DNA from: an uncultured bacterium
Lineage (GTDB): Bacteria > Krumholzibacteriota > Krumholzibacteriia > Krumholzibacteriales > Krumholzibacteriaceae
Direction of reading: 5' to 3'
Assembly (NCBI GenBank): GCA_963786935.1
Contig: CAWBAN010000001.1
Span: forward strand, 1,504,001 to 1,568,000
DNA length: 64,000 nucleotides
In this document: one piece after another, positions 9,641 through 19,811 of the stretch
Layout: each line of letters begins with the position of its first letter
How positions within the stretch are numbered: position 1 is the stretch's first letter
Made by a program: the position numbers and the translations under genes
The notes under the pieces: generated by a model
What the model saw: only the letters and a program-made list of their open reading frames with translations
The model's database searches: none
Told to the model about the DNA's origin: nothing

Positions 9641-9706
9641 CAGAGCCGATACTTCCAAAGAACGCTCTGGAGACGGCGCGCCGCGCGCCTCACGGGGAGG
9701 TTGACC

Positions 9707-11116
9707 ATTTTTTCGTCATTAGCGAGCCTTCGAACCGCCATCAAAAAACACGGCATCAAACAAATCGATTTCAAGTTCACCGATCTCTTCGGACGCTGGC
9801 ATCACATCACGGTGCCCCCCTCCCGGGTGAACGAGAAACTCTTCACGAACGGCATCGGCTTCGACGGCTCCAATTTCGCGGGGATGTCCGCCGTGGAATG
9901 CGGGGACCTCTCGCTCGTGCCCGAGCTCGCGACGGGGTACTTCGACCCGTTCCGCACGGAGCCCGCGATTTCGTTCATCTGCCGCATCGTCGAGGCCGAT
10001 TCCAAGAAGCCCTTCTCGCGCGATCCGCGCTCCATCGCGCTGGCCGCCGAGAGCTACCTCAAGAAAACGGGCATCGCCGACCGCTCGATGTGGGGGCCGG
10101 AGTTCGAGTACTACGTGTTTGACGAAGTGCGGGTCAAGAACTCGAACAAGACCTGCTCCGTCGAGATCGTTCCCGGCGAGGGGCTGCGTAAGGAGAAGTT
10201 CGGGCTCTGGACCTTTTCCGGCTACCACGGGCTGCCCCCCGAGGACGCCACCGTCGACATCCGCGACCAGACGGTCACGCTCCTCGAAGCGGTCGGGATC
10301 AAGACGCTCTACCATCACCACGAGGTCGGCGGCCACGGCCAGGTCGAGATCGAGGTCGACTTCGGCCCGCTCGCGCGCATGGGGGACATCTCGATGATGG
10401 TGAAGCATTTCGCCCGCATGGTCGCGCACCGTCACGGAAAGACGGCGACCTTCATGCCGAAGCCGCTCTACAACGAGCCGGGCACGGGGATGCATTTCCA
10501 CCAGTTCCTCCTCAAGAAGGGCACGAACGTGTTCTACCGCAAGGGGGGCTACGCCGACCTGAGCCCGCTCGCCCTCCACTATATCGCGGGGCTTCTCAAG
10601 CACGCGCCGTCGCTTCTGGCGTTCACGAATCCGAGCACGAACTCGTACAAGCGCCTCGTGCCGGGCTTCGAGGCGCCGGTGAACTGCTTCTTCTCGCTCG
10701 CGAACCGCTCGGCGGCGATCCGCATTCCGAAGTACGCGACCGACCCGGGGCTCAAGCGGATGGAGTTCAGGCCGCCCGACGCGACGTGCAACACGTACAT
10801 CGCGATGGCCGCGCAGCTCATGGCGGGCATCGACGGAATCAGGAAAAAGCTCGATCCGGCGAAGGAAGGCTTCGGCCCGTTCGACGTCAACGTGTTCGAG
10901 ATGACGCCGAAGGAGCGGGAGAAGATCAAGCCGCTCCCGGGCTCGTTCGCGGACGCGCTCCGTGCGCTCGACAAGGACCACGAGTATCTTCTCGCGGGGG
11001 GCGTGTTCACCGAATCGATGGTCAGGGACTGGATACGCCTCAAGCGGGAGAAAGAGATCATGCCGGTGCGGAATCGCCCGCATCCGATCGAGATCCAGAT
11101 GTACCTCGACTGCTAG
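9707..11116 (+). CDS. glnA: Glutamine synthetase type I (start at ATT 9707 or TTG 9701)
   Basis: FDGSN, GPEFEYY, HHHEV, TFMPKP, GMHFHQ, NSYKRLVPGFEAP, NRSAAIRIP, EFRPPD. Confidence 0.95.
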   Translation: MFSSLASLRTAIKKHGIKQIDFKFTDLFGRWHHITVPPSRVNEKLFTNGIGFDGSNFAGMSAVECGDLSLVPELATGYFDPFRTEPAISFICRIVEADSKKPFSRDPRSIALAAESYLKKTGIADRSMWGPEFEYYVFDEVRVKNSNKTCSVEIVPGEGLRKEKFGLWTFSGYHGLPPEDATVDIRDQTVTLLEAVGIKTLYHHHEVGGHGQVEIEVDFGPLARMGDISMMVKHFARMVAHRHGKTATFMPKPLYNEPGTGMHFHQFLLKKGTNVFYRKGGYADLSPLALHYIAGLLKHAPSLLAFTNPSTNSYKRLVPGFEAPVNCFFSLANRSAAIRIPKYATDPGLKRMEFRPPDATCNTYIAMAAQLMAGIDGIRKKLDPAKEGFGPFDVNVFEMTPKEREKIKPLPGSFADALRALDKDHEYLLAGGVFTESMVRDWIRLKREKEIMPVRNRPHPIEIQMYLDC

Positions 11117-11140
11117 CGCGCGCAAGGACGGTACCCTTCG

Positions 11141-13051
11141 ATGGTTGAGATGAAGAGAATCGAAGAGGCGACTGCGGAGGACTACGCGGCGCTCGGCATG
11201 AAGTCGGGGCTCGAGATCCACCAGCAGCTCGCCACGACGAAGAAGCTCTTCTGCCGCTGCCCCGTCGTCCGCCCCTACTCCGAGGAGTTCAACGCGGAGA
11301 TCCTGCGCCATATGCGCCCGACCCTCTCCGAGCTCGGCGAGTACGACGGCACGGCGCTCATGGAGTTCAAGACGAAGAAAGAGATCATCTACCAGATCCG
11401 CCAGGACACGGTCTGCACGTACGAGATGGACGACACGCCCCCCTTCGAGCTCAACCAGCAGGCGCTCGACATCGCGCTCGAGGTGACGATGCTCCTCAAC
11501 TGCAACCTCGTGAGCGAGGTGCACATCGCGCGCAAGCAGTACCTCGACGGATCGATCCCGACCGGTTTCCAGCGCACGACGATCCTCGGCGTCGACGGCT
11601 GGATACCCTATAAGGGAAAGCGTCTCGGCATCATCCAGCTCGGCCTCGAGGAGGACGCGTGCCGCGAGGTGTCGGACGTCGGCCACCTGCGGACGTACCG
11701 CACCGACCGGCTCGGCATCCCGCTCATCGAGACGGTCACCTACCCCGAGATGAAGACGCCGCGGGAGGTCGCCGAGGTCGCGCAGTTGCTGCGCCGCCTC
11801 GTGCGCTCGACCGGCAAGGTGCACACGGGGATCGGCGCCGCGCGCCAGGACGTGAACGTTTCGATCGAGGGAGGGCGGCGCGTCGAGATCAAGGGGGTCT
11901 CGCGGATTCCGCTCATTCCGCTCCTCGTGCACAACGAGGCGTACCGGCAGGCGGCGCTCCTCGACATCAAGCGCGAGCTCGCCCGCCGGGGCGTCACCGC
12001 CGATTCGTTCAAAGCCGACGTCTACAACGTCGGCGAGCTCGTCGCGGGGACGCAGTACTACCCGCTCGCGAAGGCGCTCAGCAAGAGCCTCGAGGTGCGG
12101 GCGGTGGCGCTTCGCGGCTACCGCGGCATCCTCGCGACGAAGACGCAGCCCGAGACGACCTTCGCGAAGGAGATATCCGACCGCGTCCGCGTCATCGCGT
12201 GCCTCGACCGGCTCCCGAACATCGCCCACTCCGACATGGAGGGGGAAACGCTCTCGAGCTCCGAGTGGACGAAGATCAAGAAGCTCGCGCGGATGGGGGA
12301 CAAGGACGTGATCATCGTCGTGTGGGGCGGCGCGCGGGACGTCGAGACCGGCGCGAAGGAGATCGTCATCCGCGCGCGCGAGGCGCTCGACGGCGTTCCG
12401 AACGAGACGCGCCAGGCGCTCCCCGACGGGACGCACGGGTTCGAACGGATCCTCCCCGGCGCGGACCGCATGTACCCCGACACCGATCTTCCGCCGCTCG
12501 CGATCACGGAAGACCGCATTCAGAGAATCAAATCGATCGTGGCGGAGCGCCCCTGGGACATCGTCGAGCGCTACGCCGCGATGGGAATGCCCGTCGAGAT
12601 GGCGGAGCGGCTCCGCGATGCGGGCGACCGGCGCCTCTTCGAGCGGGCCGTTCGCGAAACGGGCTATCCGCCGAAGTTCCTCGCCGCGTTCTTCACGAAC
12701 AGGGTGAGAATGCTCCGGCGCCGCGGGAAGATCGCGGCGTCGTGCGAGGAGCCGATTCTCGCGGCGCTGAAGGCCGCCGCCGCGCGCGAGGTGCCCGCCG
12801 AGAATCTCGACGCGCTCGTCGAGAAGCTCTGCGCCGGCGCGGGGGACGCGGGCGCCGCGATCGACGCGCTCGGGCTCGAGAGCCCGAAGAAGGCCGAGGC
12901 GAAGATCTCCTCGTTCCTGAAGACCGTCGAGCCGCCGTCGATCGCCAAGGACAAGCTCAAGCGCCACGTCATGGGGCTCGTCATGCACAAGTACCGGGGA
13001 ACGTTCCCGGGCAAAAGGATTTCCGATCTCGTCGACGCGTTCATCGCGTGA
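11141..13051 (+). CDS. gatE: Glu-tRNA(Gln) amidotransferase subunit E
   Basis: GLEIHQQL, RPTLSELGEYD, DGSIPTGFQRT, LEEDAC, DRLGIPLIE, RQDVNVSI, AspRS-like insertion, GVPNETR, LPGADRMYPDTDLP. Confidence 0.93.
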   Translation: MVEMKRIEEATAEDYAALGMKSGLEIHQQLATTKKLFCRCPVVRPYSEEFNAEILRHMRPTLSELGEYDGTALMEFKTKKEIIYQIRQDTVCTYEMDDTPPFELNQQALDIALEVTMLLNCNLVSEVHIARKQYLDGSIPTGFQRTTILGVDGWIPYKGKRLGIIQLGLEEDACREVSDVGHLRTYRTDRLGIPLIETVTYPEMKTPREVAEVAQLLRRLVRSTGKVHTGIGAARQDVNVSIEGGRRVEIKGVSRIPLIPLLVHNEAYRQAALLDIKRELARRGVTADSFKADVYNVGELVAGTQYYPLAKALSKSLEVRAVALRGYRGILATKTQPETTFAKEISDRVRVIACLDRLPNIAHSDMEGETLSSSEWTKIKKLARMGDKDVIIVVWGGARDVETGAKEIVIRAREALDGVPNETRQALPDGTHGFERILPGADRMYPDTDLPPLAITEDRIQRIKSIVAERPWDIVERYAAMGMPVEMAERLRDAGDRRLFERAVRETGYPPKFLAAFFTNRVRMLRRRGKIAASCEEPILAALKAAAAREVPAENLDALVEKLCAGAGDAGAAIDALGLESPKKAEAKISSFLKTVEPPSIAKDKLKRHVMGLVMHKYRGTFPGKRISDLVDAFIA

Positions 13052-13058
13052 GGTTTAT

Positions 13059-14456
13059 ATGAGCTCGACCATACCGCAGGATTCGCACAAGGGATACAAA
13101 GGGGCGGCGCTCGACTGCATCAAGCGCTTTCAGGTGAGCGTCTGGAGCGACATCGAGGTCGAGTCGACGCGCGGGAATTTCACGGGAATCATTCTCCCCC
13201 GCTCCGAGACCGCCGACGACAAGCACATCGTTCTCAAGCTCCGGAACGGCTACAACGTCGGGCTCGCCGTGAGCACCATCACGGCGGTGAAGGAGCTCGG
13301 CCACAAGGAAGCGCACTATAAAATTCCCGAAAAACAGTTCCCCTACGATCCGGCGAAACCGATCGTGAAGATGCTCGGCACCGGGGGCACGATCGCCTCG
13401 CGCCTCGACTACCGGACCGGCGCCGTCATCCCGGCATTCTCGCCGGGGGAGCTCTATGGCTCGGTGCCGGAGCTCGCCGACATCTGCAACATCGAAACGG
13501 AGAAGCTCTACGGCGTCTTCAGCGAGAACATGGGGCCCGAGCAATGGATCGGGACAGCCAACGCGATCGGGCGCGAGATCGCGCGCGGGGTGGCGGGCAT
13601 CATCATCGGCCACGGCACCGACACGATGCACCACACGGCCGCCATCCTCTCGTTCATGGTGCAGGACTCCCCCGTTCCGATCATCATGGTCGGCTCGCAG
13701 CGCTCGAGCGACCGTCCCTCGAGCGACGCCGCGATCAACCTCATCAACGCGACGAGCTCGGCGGCGCACGGCGACATCGCCGAGGTCATGGTCTGCATGT
13801 TCGGCCCGACGAGCGACGACTATGGGCTCCTGCACCGCGGCACGCGCGTCCGCAAGATGCATTCGTCCTACCGTTCGACCTTCCGCACGATCGGCGACAT
13901 CCCGCTCGCCATGGTCGACCGCGAACGGTTCATTCATTTGCGGCAGGATTACAAGCGGCGCCGTACCGACCGGAACGTCACGATCAACACGGCGTTCGAC
14001 GACCGCGTCTCGATCGTCTATTATTACCCGAACATGAAACCCGACATCATCGATTCCCTCATCGACAACGGCTATAAAGGCATCGTCATCGCCGGCACCG
14101 GCCTCGGTCACGTCAACAAGCCGCTCTACCCGAGCCTCAAGAAGGCCTTCGACAAGGGGATCCACGTCTACATGACCGTGCAGACGCTCTGGGGCTACGT
14201 GCAGATGTACGTGTACGACACGGGGCGCGACATGATGGACCTCGGCGTCATCCCGGGCGCGAACCTGCTCCCCGAGGTCGGATACATGAAGCTCTGCTGG
14301 GCGCTCGGCCAGACGCACGACCGCGAAGAGGTGCGCAAGATCATGCTCACCCCCGTCGCCGGCGAGATCACGGAGCGCGAGCCGCACAACGGCTACCTCA
14401 TCTATCAGGGGGGCATCCCCGAGGTCGAGGAGTTCATCAGCAAGTACAAGAAATGA
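13059..14456 (+). CDS. gatD: Glu-tRNA(Gln) amidotransferase subunit D
   Basis: N-terminal IVLKLRNGYNVG domain, GTGGTIASRLDYRTGAV, HGTDTM, GSQRSSDRPSSD, RKMHSSYR. Confidence 0.93.
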   Translation: MSSTIPQDSHKGYKGAALDCIKRFQVSVWSDIEVESTRGNFTGIILPRSETADDKHIVLKLRNGYNVGLAVSTITAVKELGHKEAHYKIPEKQFPYDPAKPIVKMLGTGGTIASRLDYRTGAVIPAFSPGELYGSVPELADICNIETEKLYGVFSENMGPEQWIGTANAIGREIARGVAGIIIGHGTDTMHHTAAILSFMVQDSPVPIIMVGSQRSSDRPSSDAAINLINATSSAAHGDIAEVMVCMFGPTSDDYGLLHRGTRVRKMHSSYRSTFRTIGDIPLAMVDRERFIHLRQDYKRRRTDRNVTINTAFDDRVSIVYYYPNMKPDIIDSLIDNGYKGIVIAGTGLGHVNKPLYPSLKKAFDKGIHVYMTVQTLWGYVQMYVYDTGRDMMDLGVIPGANLLPEVGYMKLCWALGQTHDREEVRKIMLTPVAGEITEREPHNGYLIYQGGIPEVEEFISKYKK

Positions 14457-14503
14457 CGCTTCGCCGCGCCGCGCCCGCTTCCCGGCGCCGCGCCAGGTGA
14501 CGA

Positions 14504-16093
14504 ATGGACAGGAAACCCTCCGTCGACCTCTCGAGCATCAAGGTCATCTCGGACAGCTTCTTCTATTCGGTCGCGCGCATCGCGATCCTCGTCCTGAAGC
14601 CGATCAAAGGGATCCTCCTCGGGAACCTTCTCGGTCCGCGGCTCTACGGCATTCTCAATATCCCGAATCCGTACATCCTCATCGCGAGCATGCTCTCGAA
14701 CATCGGCTTCAACACCTCGGTGCTGAAGCTCATGCCGGGATACCTCCAGGAGGGGCGTCCCGACCTCTCGCGCATGATCTACCGCTCCTCCGCGTTCCTC
14801 ACCGTGATGCTGAGCTCGCTGTGGGCGGCTCTGCTCCTCGTCTTCTCGCCGTGGATCGCCGAGCACCTCGCGCACGAGCCGGCGGCGCTGAATCCGATCC
14901 GGCTCTACGCGCTCGCCATCCCCTTCCTCGCCGTGAACACGTTTTTCGCGTCGGTGTACCTCGCCGTGCAGCGCGGAAAGCTCGGCGCGGCGATCACCTT
15001 CATCTACGGGCTTCTGAACACGCTGCTCCCCGTGGCCGCCGTCCTCTGGCAGCGCAACGTGACGCTCATCGTCGGCTCGATGCTCGCGGCGGAGGTCGTC
15101 GCGGCGGCGATCTTCACCTTCTGCTTCCACCGGGAGGTGCTGAGCGGTTTCGGGAAGACGGTCGGGCCGCTCGTGCGCGGCATGCGGGAGACGGTGAGCT
15201 TCGGGCTCCTCTTCTTCGTCGCGGGGCTCGGGTGGAACCTCATCAACTCCGTCGATCGCATCATGATCAAGTTCTACCTCCCCGCGGAGCAGCTCGGCTT
15301 CTACTCGATGGGGGCGCAGGTCGTCACGATCCTCAACGTCGTCGCCTCGACTCTCGGCTTCGCGCTCGTGCCGTCCCTCACCGCCGCGAACGACACGGGG
15401 GATCGCGCGGCGTTCCGGAAGCTCATCCACAACGCGGCGCGATTCGGATTCATCGTGCTCATGCCGGTCACGATGGTCGTCTTCGAGCTCTCGAAGGACT
15501 TCTTCTCGATCCTCGTCCCGCGCTTCGGCCCCTCCATCCTGATCGTCCAGATCGTCGCGGCGATCACCTTCATCGATCTCTTCTGCCGGATCGGCTGGGC
15601 CGCGCTCGTCGCGCACGGGCGGGGCGGGCTCTCGGCGATCGCCTACGTCGCCGCGGCCGCGGTCAACGTCGGACTGAACGCGATGCTCATCCCGCGCTAC
15701 GGGATCGTCGGCGCGGCCGCCGCGGTGCTCGCCACGTTCATTATCCTCGCCGCGATCATCCTCGTCATGGCGCGGCGCGTCACGGGGGGGAACATCGGCC
15801 TCATGGTGTGGCTCCATCCGCTCCTCCTCGCGATCGTGTACCTGCTCCTCGGCCGGCTCACCGCCGGGACGAACGAGTTTCTGCGCATCGCGATCGTCGC
15901 CCTCGGCGGGACGGCGCTCTATATCGCGGGCGCGTTCACGACCCGTCTCGTGAGCGCGGAGGATCTCGCGCGGATCCGCGCCATGCTGCTCCCGCGCGCC
16001 GCCGCGCCCCACGTGCGGCTCGCGCTCGCCACGCTCGGCGCCGCGGAGCGGATCAACGACGTTTTGAATTCGAAACGGACCGGAAACCCTTAA
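14504..16093 (+). CDS. Oligosaccharide flippase (Wzx/MurJ-like)
   Basis: LLGPRLYG, DRIMI..LGFYS, LIPRYGIVGAA; about 14 TM segments. Confidence 0.8.
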   Translation: MDRKPSVDLSSIKVISDSFFYSVARIAILVLKPIKGILLGNLLGPRLYGILNIPNPYILIASMLSNIGFNTSVLKLMPGYLQEGRPDLSRMIYRSSAFLTVMLSSLWAALLLVFSPWIAEHLAHEPAALNPIRLYALAIPFLAVNTFFASVYLAVQRGKLGAAITFIYGLLNTLLPVAAVLWQRNVTLIVGSMLAAEVVAAAIFTFCFHREVLSGFGKTVGPLVRGMRETVSFGLLFFVAGLGWNLINSVDRIMIKFYLPAEQLGFYSMGAQVVTILNVVASTLGFALVPSLTAANDTGDRAAFRKLIHNAARFGFIVLMPVTMVVFELSKDFFSILVPRFGPSILIVQIVAAITFIDLFCRIGWAALVAHGRGGLSAIAYVAAAAVNVGLNAMLIPRYGIVGAAAAVLATFIILAAIILVMARRVTGGNIGLMVWLHPLLLAIVYLLLGRLTAGTNEFLRIAIVALGGTALYIAGAFTTRLVSAEDLARIRAMLLPRAAAPHVRLALATLGAAERINDVLNSKRTGNP

Positions 16094-16113
16094 CAGCGGA
16101 GGTGTCACACCGC

Positions 16114-17742
16114 ATGAAATCGACGATCACCCTTCTGGCCATCATCTCGATGCTGCTCCTCGTGCCGGCCCTGCCGGGCGAGGCCTGCACGAACTTCCTC
16201 ATCACGAAGGGCGCCTCGGCCGACGGCTCGACCATGATCACCTATTCGGCCGATTCGCACGAGCTCTACGGCGATCTCACCTACATGCCGGCGGCCGACT
16301 ACGCGCCGGGGACGATGCGCGACATCTACGAATGGGACACCGGCAAGTTCCTCGGGCGGATCCCGCAGATCGCCCACACCTACTCGGTCGTCGGGCTCAT
16401 GAACGAGCACCAGGTCTCGATCGGCGAGACGACGTGGGGCGGCCGCGAGGAGCTCTCCGACAGCCTGGCCGTCGTCGACTACGGGAGCCTCATGTACATC
16501 GCCCTCCAGCGCGCGAAGACGGCGCGGGAGGCCATCACCGTCATGACGGAGCTCGTCGCGGCGCACGGCTACTACAGCTCGGGCGAGTCGTTCTCGATCG
16601 CCGATCCGAACGAGGCGTGGATCATGGACATGATCTCGAAGGGCAAGGGGAACAAGGGCGCGGTCTGGGTGGCGCGCCGGGTCCCCGACGGGTACATCGC
16701 GGGGCACGCGAACCATCCGCGCATTCACACATTTCCACTCAACGACAAGGCGAATACTCTCTACTCCCCCGATGTGATCTCCTTCGCGCGCTCGAAGGGA
16801 TATTTCAAGGGCGCCGACGAGGAGTTCGATTTCGCGAACGCCTACGCCCCGCTCGATTACGGCGCGCTCCGCGCCTGCGAGGCGCGCGTGTACGCGATGT
16901 TCAACCGCGCGGCCCCCTCGCTCAAGCTTTCGATGGACTACGTGAAGGGCTTCCCGGGCGCCGAGGTGCTCCCCCTCTGGATCAAGCCGGATAAGAAGCT
17001 CTCCGTGCACGACGTCATGGAGCTCATGCGCGACCACTTCGAGGGAACGGACTTCGACATGACGCAGGACGTCGGCGCGGGCCCGTTCGCATGCCCCTAC
17101 CGGTGGCGCCCGATGTCGTGGGAGGTCGATTCGGTCAAGTACGTGCACGAGCGCGCGACCTCGACCCAGCAGACGGGATTCTCGTTCGTCTCGCAGATGC
17201 GCTCGTGGCTCCCCGGCCCGATCGGCGGCGTCCACTGGTTCGGCGTCGACGACACGTACAGCACCGTGTACAACCCGATCTACTGCGGGATCACGCGCGT
17301 GCCCGAATCGTACGCGGTCGGCGTGGCCGATCTCTACCACTTCTCGTGGAACTCGGCCTTCTGGACCTTCAACTGGGTGGCCAACTTCGCCTACTCGCGC
17401 TATATCGACATGATCAGGGACATTCAGATCGTGCAGCGCGATCTCGAGGGTTCCTTCCTCGCCGCGCAGCCGGGCGTCGAAGCGGCGGCCGCAGCGCTCT
17501 ACAATCAGTCGCCGGCGCTCGCGCGCGATTACCTCACCGAGTACTCGTGCACGACCGCGCAGAGCACGGTCAAGCGGTGGCGCACGCTCGGCGAGCAGCT
17601 CATGGTCAAGTACATGGACGGCAACGTGAAGACCGAGCTCAACGAGGTGCTGCATCCGAAGTATCCGGAATCGTGGTACCGCCGGATCGCCGCCGAGCGT
17701 GGGGAGATTCTCAAGGAGCGCCCGATCGAGCCGAAGAAATAG
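16114..17742 (+). CDS. Secreted C69-family dipeptidase
   Basis: Signal peptide then ACTNFLITKGASADGS (N-terminal Cys nucleophile), MNEHQVSIGETT, GESFSIAD. Confidence 0.88.
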   Translation: MKSTITLLAIISMLLLVPALPGEACTNFLITKGASADGSTMITYSADSHELYGDLTYMPAADYAPGTMRDIYEWDTGKFLGRIPQIAHTYSVVGLMNEHQVSIGETTWGGREELSDSLAVVDYGSLMYIALQRAKTAREAITVMTELVAAHGYYSSGESFSIADPNEAWIMDMISKGKGNKGAVWVARRVPDGYIAGHANHPRIHTFPLNDKANTLYSPDVISFARSKGYFKGADEEFDFANAYAPLDYGALRACEARVYAMFNRAAPSLKLSMDYVKGFPGAEVLPLWIKPDKKLSVHDVMELMRDHFEGTDFDMTQDVGAGPFACPYRWRPMSWEVDSVKYVHERATSTQQTGFSFVSQMRSWLPGPIGGVHWFGVDDTYSTVYNPIYCGITRVPESYAVGVADLYHFSWNSAFWTFNWVANFAYSRYIDMIRDIQIVQRDLEGSFLAAQPGVEAAAAALYNQSPALARDYLTEYSCTTAQSTVKRWRTLGEQLMVKYMDGNVKTELNEVLHPKYPESWYRRIAAERGEILKERPIEPKK

Positions 17743-17759
17743 CCCGGCTGCGCGGCGAC

Positions 17760-19495
17760 TCAGATCTTTTTGCGTCCGGCGATTCCGCCGCCGACGGGAG
17801 TCGCGCTCCTGAGGTCCACGTACTCGCCGTCCGGCAGGAAGAACAGTCCCGGCTCGTGCTCGACGAGCTTCATATGCTCGAGATAGAGCCACCCGTTCTT
17901 TCGCTGGATCCGGGTCGTGAGGACGGGCGTGCCCCCGGCGAGCCATTCGTACGATCCGACGTATTTCTCCCACTCCGGCTTGTCAGGGCCGGTGGGATCG
18001 TTCGGGCCGCCCGCGTATGCGTACCTATCAGCGTCATGCACCGTATAGAGACACGCGGGCGCGCCGTCTGCTCCGACGACGAAGCGGAAGAGCGTCCGAT
18101 ACGCGGTGTTGGGAATGTCAACATAGGCTTCCCGTTCTGAAACGAAGTGCGCCGCGAACGACCGCCCGTCGCGGAGCGTGAAAACGGGAACTCCGTCCTT
18201 CTCGCCGAACTCGACCCAATCCTGCCGCTGCACGTACGTGCCGAAGAGAGGCGCGAGCAGATCTCTCGACACGGTGGTCTCGGAAAGGTCGGCCCACGGC
18301 GTCCACGTCTCGGGCGTCGCCCCCATCGTCGCGAGAATCGTACCGAGAGCGGCGTGCGCGAGCCCCGCGGCGAAATCGGAATTCGAGGAATTCGTGAGAA
18401 CGACGACGCCGACGCCGTACTCCGGAAGCCAGGAGATGTTCGCGCCGAAACCGAAGCCGCCGCCGCTGTGCATCGGGAAGGGATTCCGCAGCGTTCTGCC
18501 CGCGAGACGGTTCGCCTTGAAAACGCCGAGCCCGTGGCCGTAGAGCTGTCCCTGAAAAAAGAACGGCTCGCCGGTCATCGCGTCGACGAATCGCTCGTCG
18601 AGAATACGCTTCGAGCCCGCCATTCCCCTGTTGAGGTGAAAGCGGACGAAGGCGGCCATGTCGACGGCGCTCGCGTACATGCCGCCGCAGGGAATCATGC
18701 CGTGCTCGAACACGAGCTCGGCGCCCCCGGCGGCGCGCCGGTCGCCCGGTTCGGATTCGCCATGATCCGCGCCGCGTCGAACGTGCTCGCGCTCATGCCG
18801 AGCGGCTCGAGGAGCCGTTTCTCGACGTATTTCTCGAAGGGCATCCCCGAAGCGGTCTGCAGCGCATATCCCGCGAGATCCATCCCGAGGTTCGAGTATT
18901 TGTACCGCGAGCCGACGGGAAAAAGCGTCCACGTTTCGCCGATGCTGCGGATGTGATCCTCGAACGTCACGGCGCCGCGCGTGAAGTTGCTTCCGACCGG
19001 CGCCTCGTGGACGAGGCCCGACCGGTGCGTGAGAAAATGCCTGAGCGTCATCAGGTCCTGAGGCTTCTTCTCGAACCGGCTGTGAACGGTGAACTTCGGC
19101 AGGTAAGCGGAGACGGGAGCGTCGAGATCGAGCGTTCCGTCCTGCACGGCGATCATGATCGCGGTCGCCGTAACGACCTTGGAAATTGACTGAAGGCTGA
19201 AAAGCGTCTCGGTCGTCACGGGATCGGTCCCGCCCGTCGACCGGACGCCGAATCCCTTCGCCCAGACGATCCCGTCGCGATCGACGATCGCCATGGAGAG
19301 ACCGGGAATGCCGGCGCCTGCCATGCGCGCCGGCAGCGCGCCGGCGAGCGAGTCGGCGAGGGCGAGAATCTTCTGATCTCCGCGCAGAGCGAGCGGCCGC
19401 GGTTCGTCCGCCGAAACGGGCGAAGAGACGGCGCACAGACCGGCGAGGGTTACTGCGAAGAAGCAAGCCAGCAGGGCGGCTGAGGCGCGTTTCAT
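17760..19495 (-). CDS. Beta-lactamase-family serine hydrolase, apparent frameshift near 18725
   Basis: Signal peptide, SISK, LTHRSG, YSN in one frame; GGMYAS..D, HSGG, VVVLTN in the next; switch at a 5-base homopolymer. Confidence 0.8.
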
Positions 19496-19652
19496 GGAAC
19501 ACCTCCGAGCGTGTGAGTGGGCGCAGAGCAAGCTCCGTTGGAAAATATCTGCTGTACTGGTATTCAGTACGTCGGGTGCGGAAGAATGTTTCAGATGATA
19601 CGCGCCGATACGGAATCGGGCAGATCGTAGCGCGCCTGCTGCACATCGACAG

Positions 19653-19684
19653 AAACCCCCCTCCGAAGATTCGGAGGGGGCTTC
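19653..19684. terminator. Strong hairpin, probable intrinsic terminator (minus strand has a short U tract)
   Basis: ccccctccga-agat-tcggaggggg 10-bp stem. Confidence 0.45.
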
Positions 19685-19811
19685 GCGCTATGAGAATCAT
19701 TGAAACAACCATGGCTTGATCGGCGTAAGTTTAGCAACGCTGCGGCGGCCGGCATCTTCGGAATCCACACGCATCGATCTTTTCGCCGCGGACTGAAACG
19801 AGGAGAAATCA

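Noticed and set aside
9641..9700. Glutamine riboswitch in the glnA leader
   Set aside because: Small stems exist (cagagc/gctctg) but I could not match the known glnA-motif consensus
9719..12988. Very long antisense/overlapping ORFs (also 59107-62178, 51376-53394, 24344-26647 and others)
   Set aside because: Shadow frames expected from high GC3 bias; biased composition with no recognisable motifs, opposite well-supported genes
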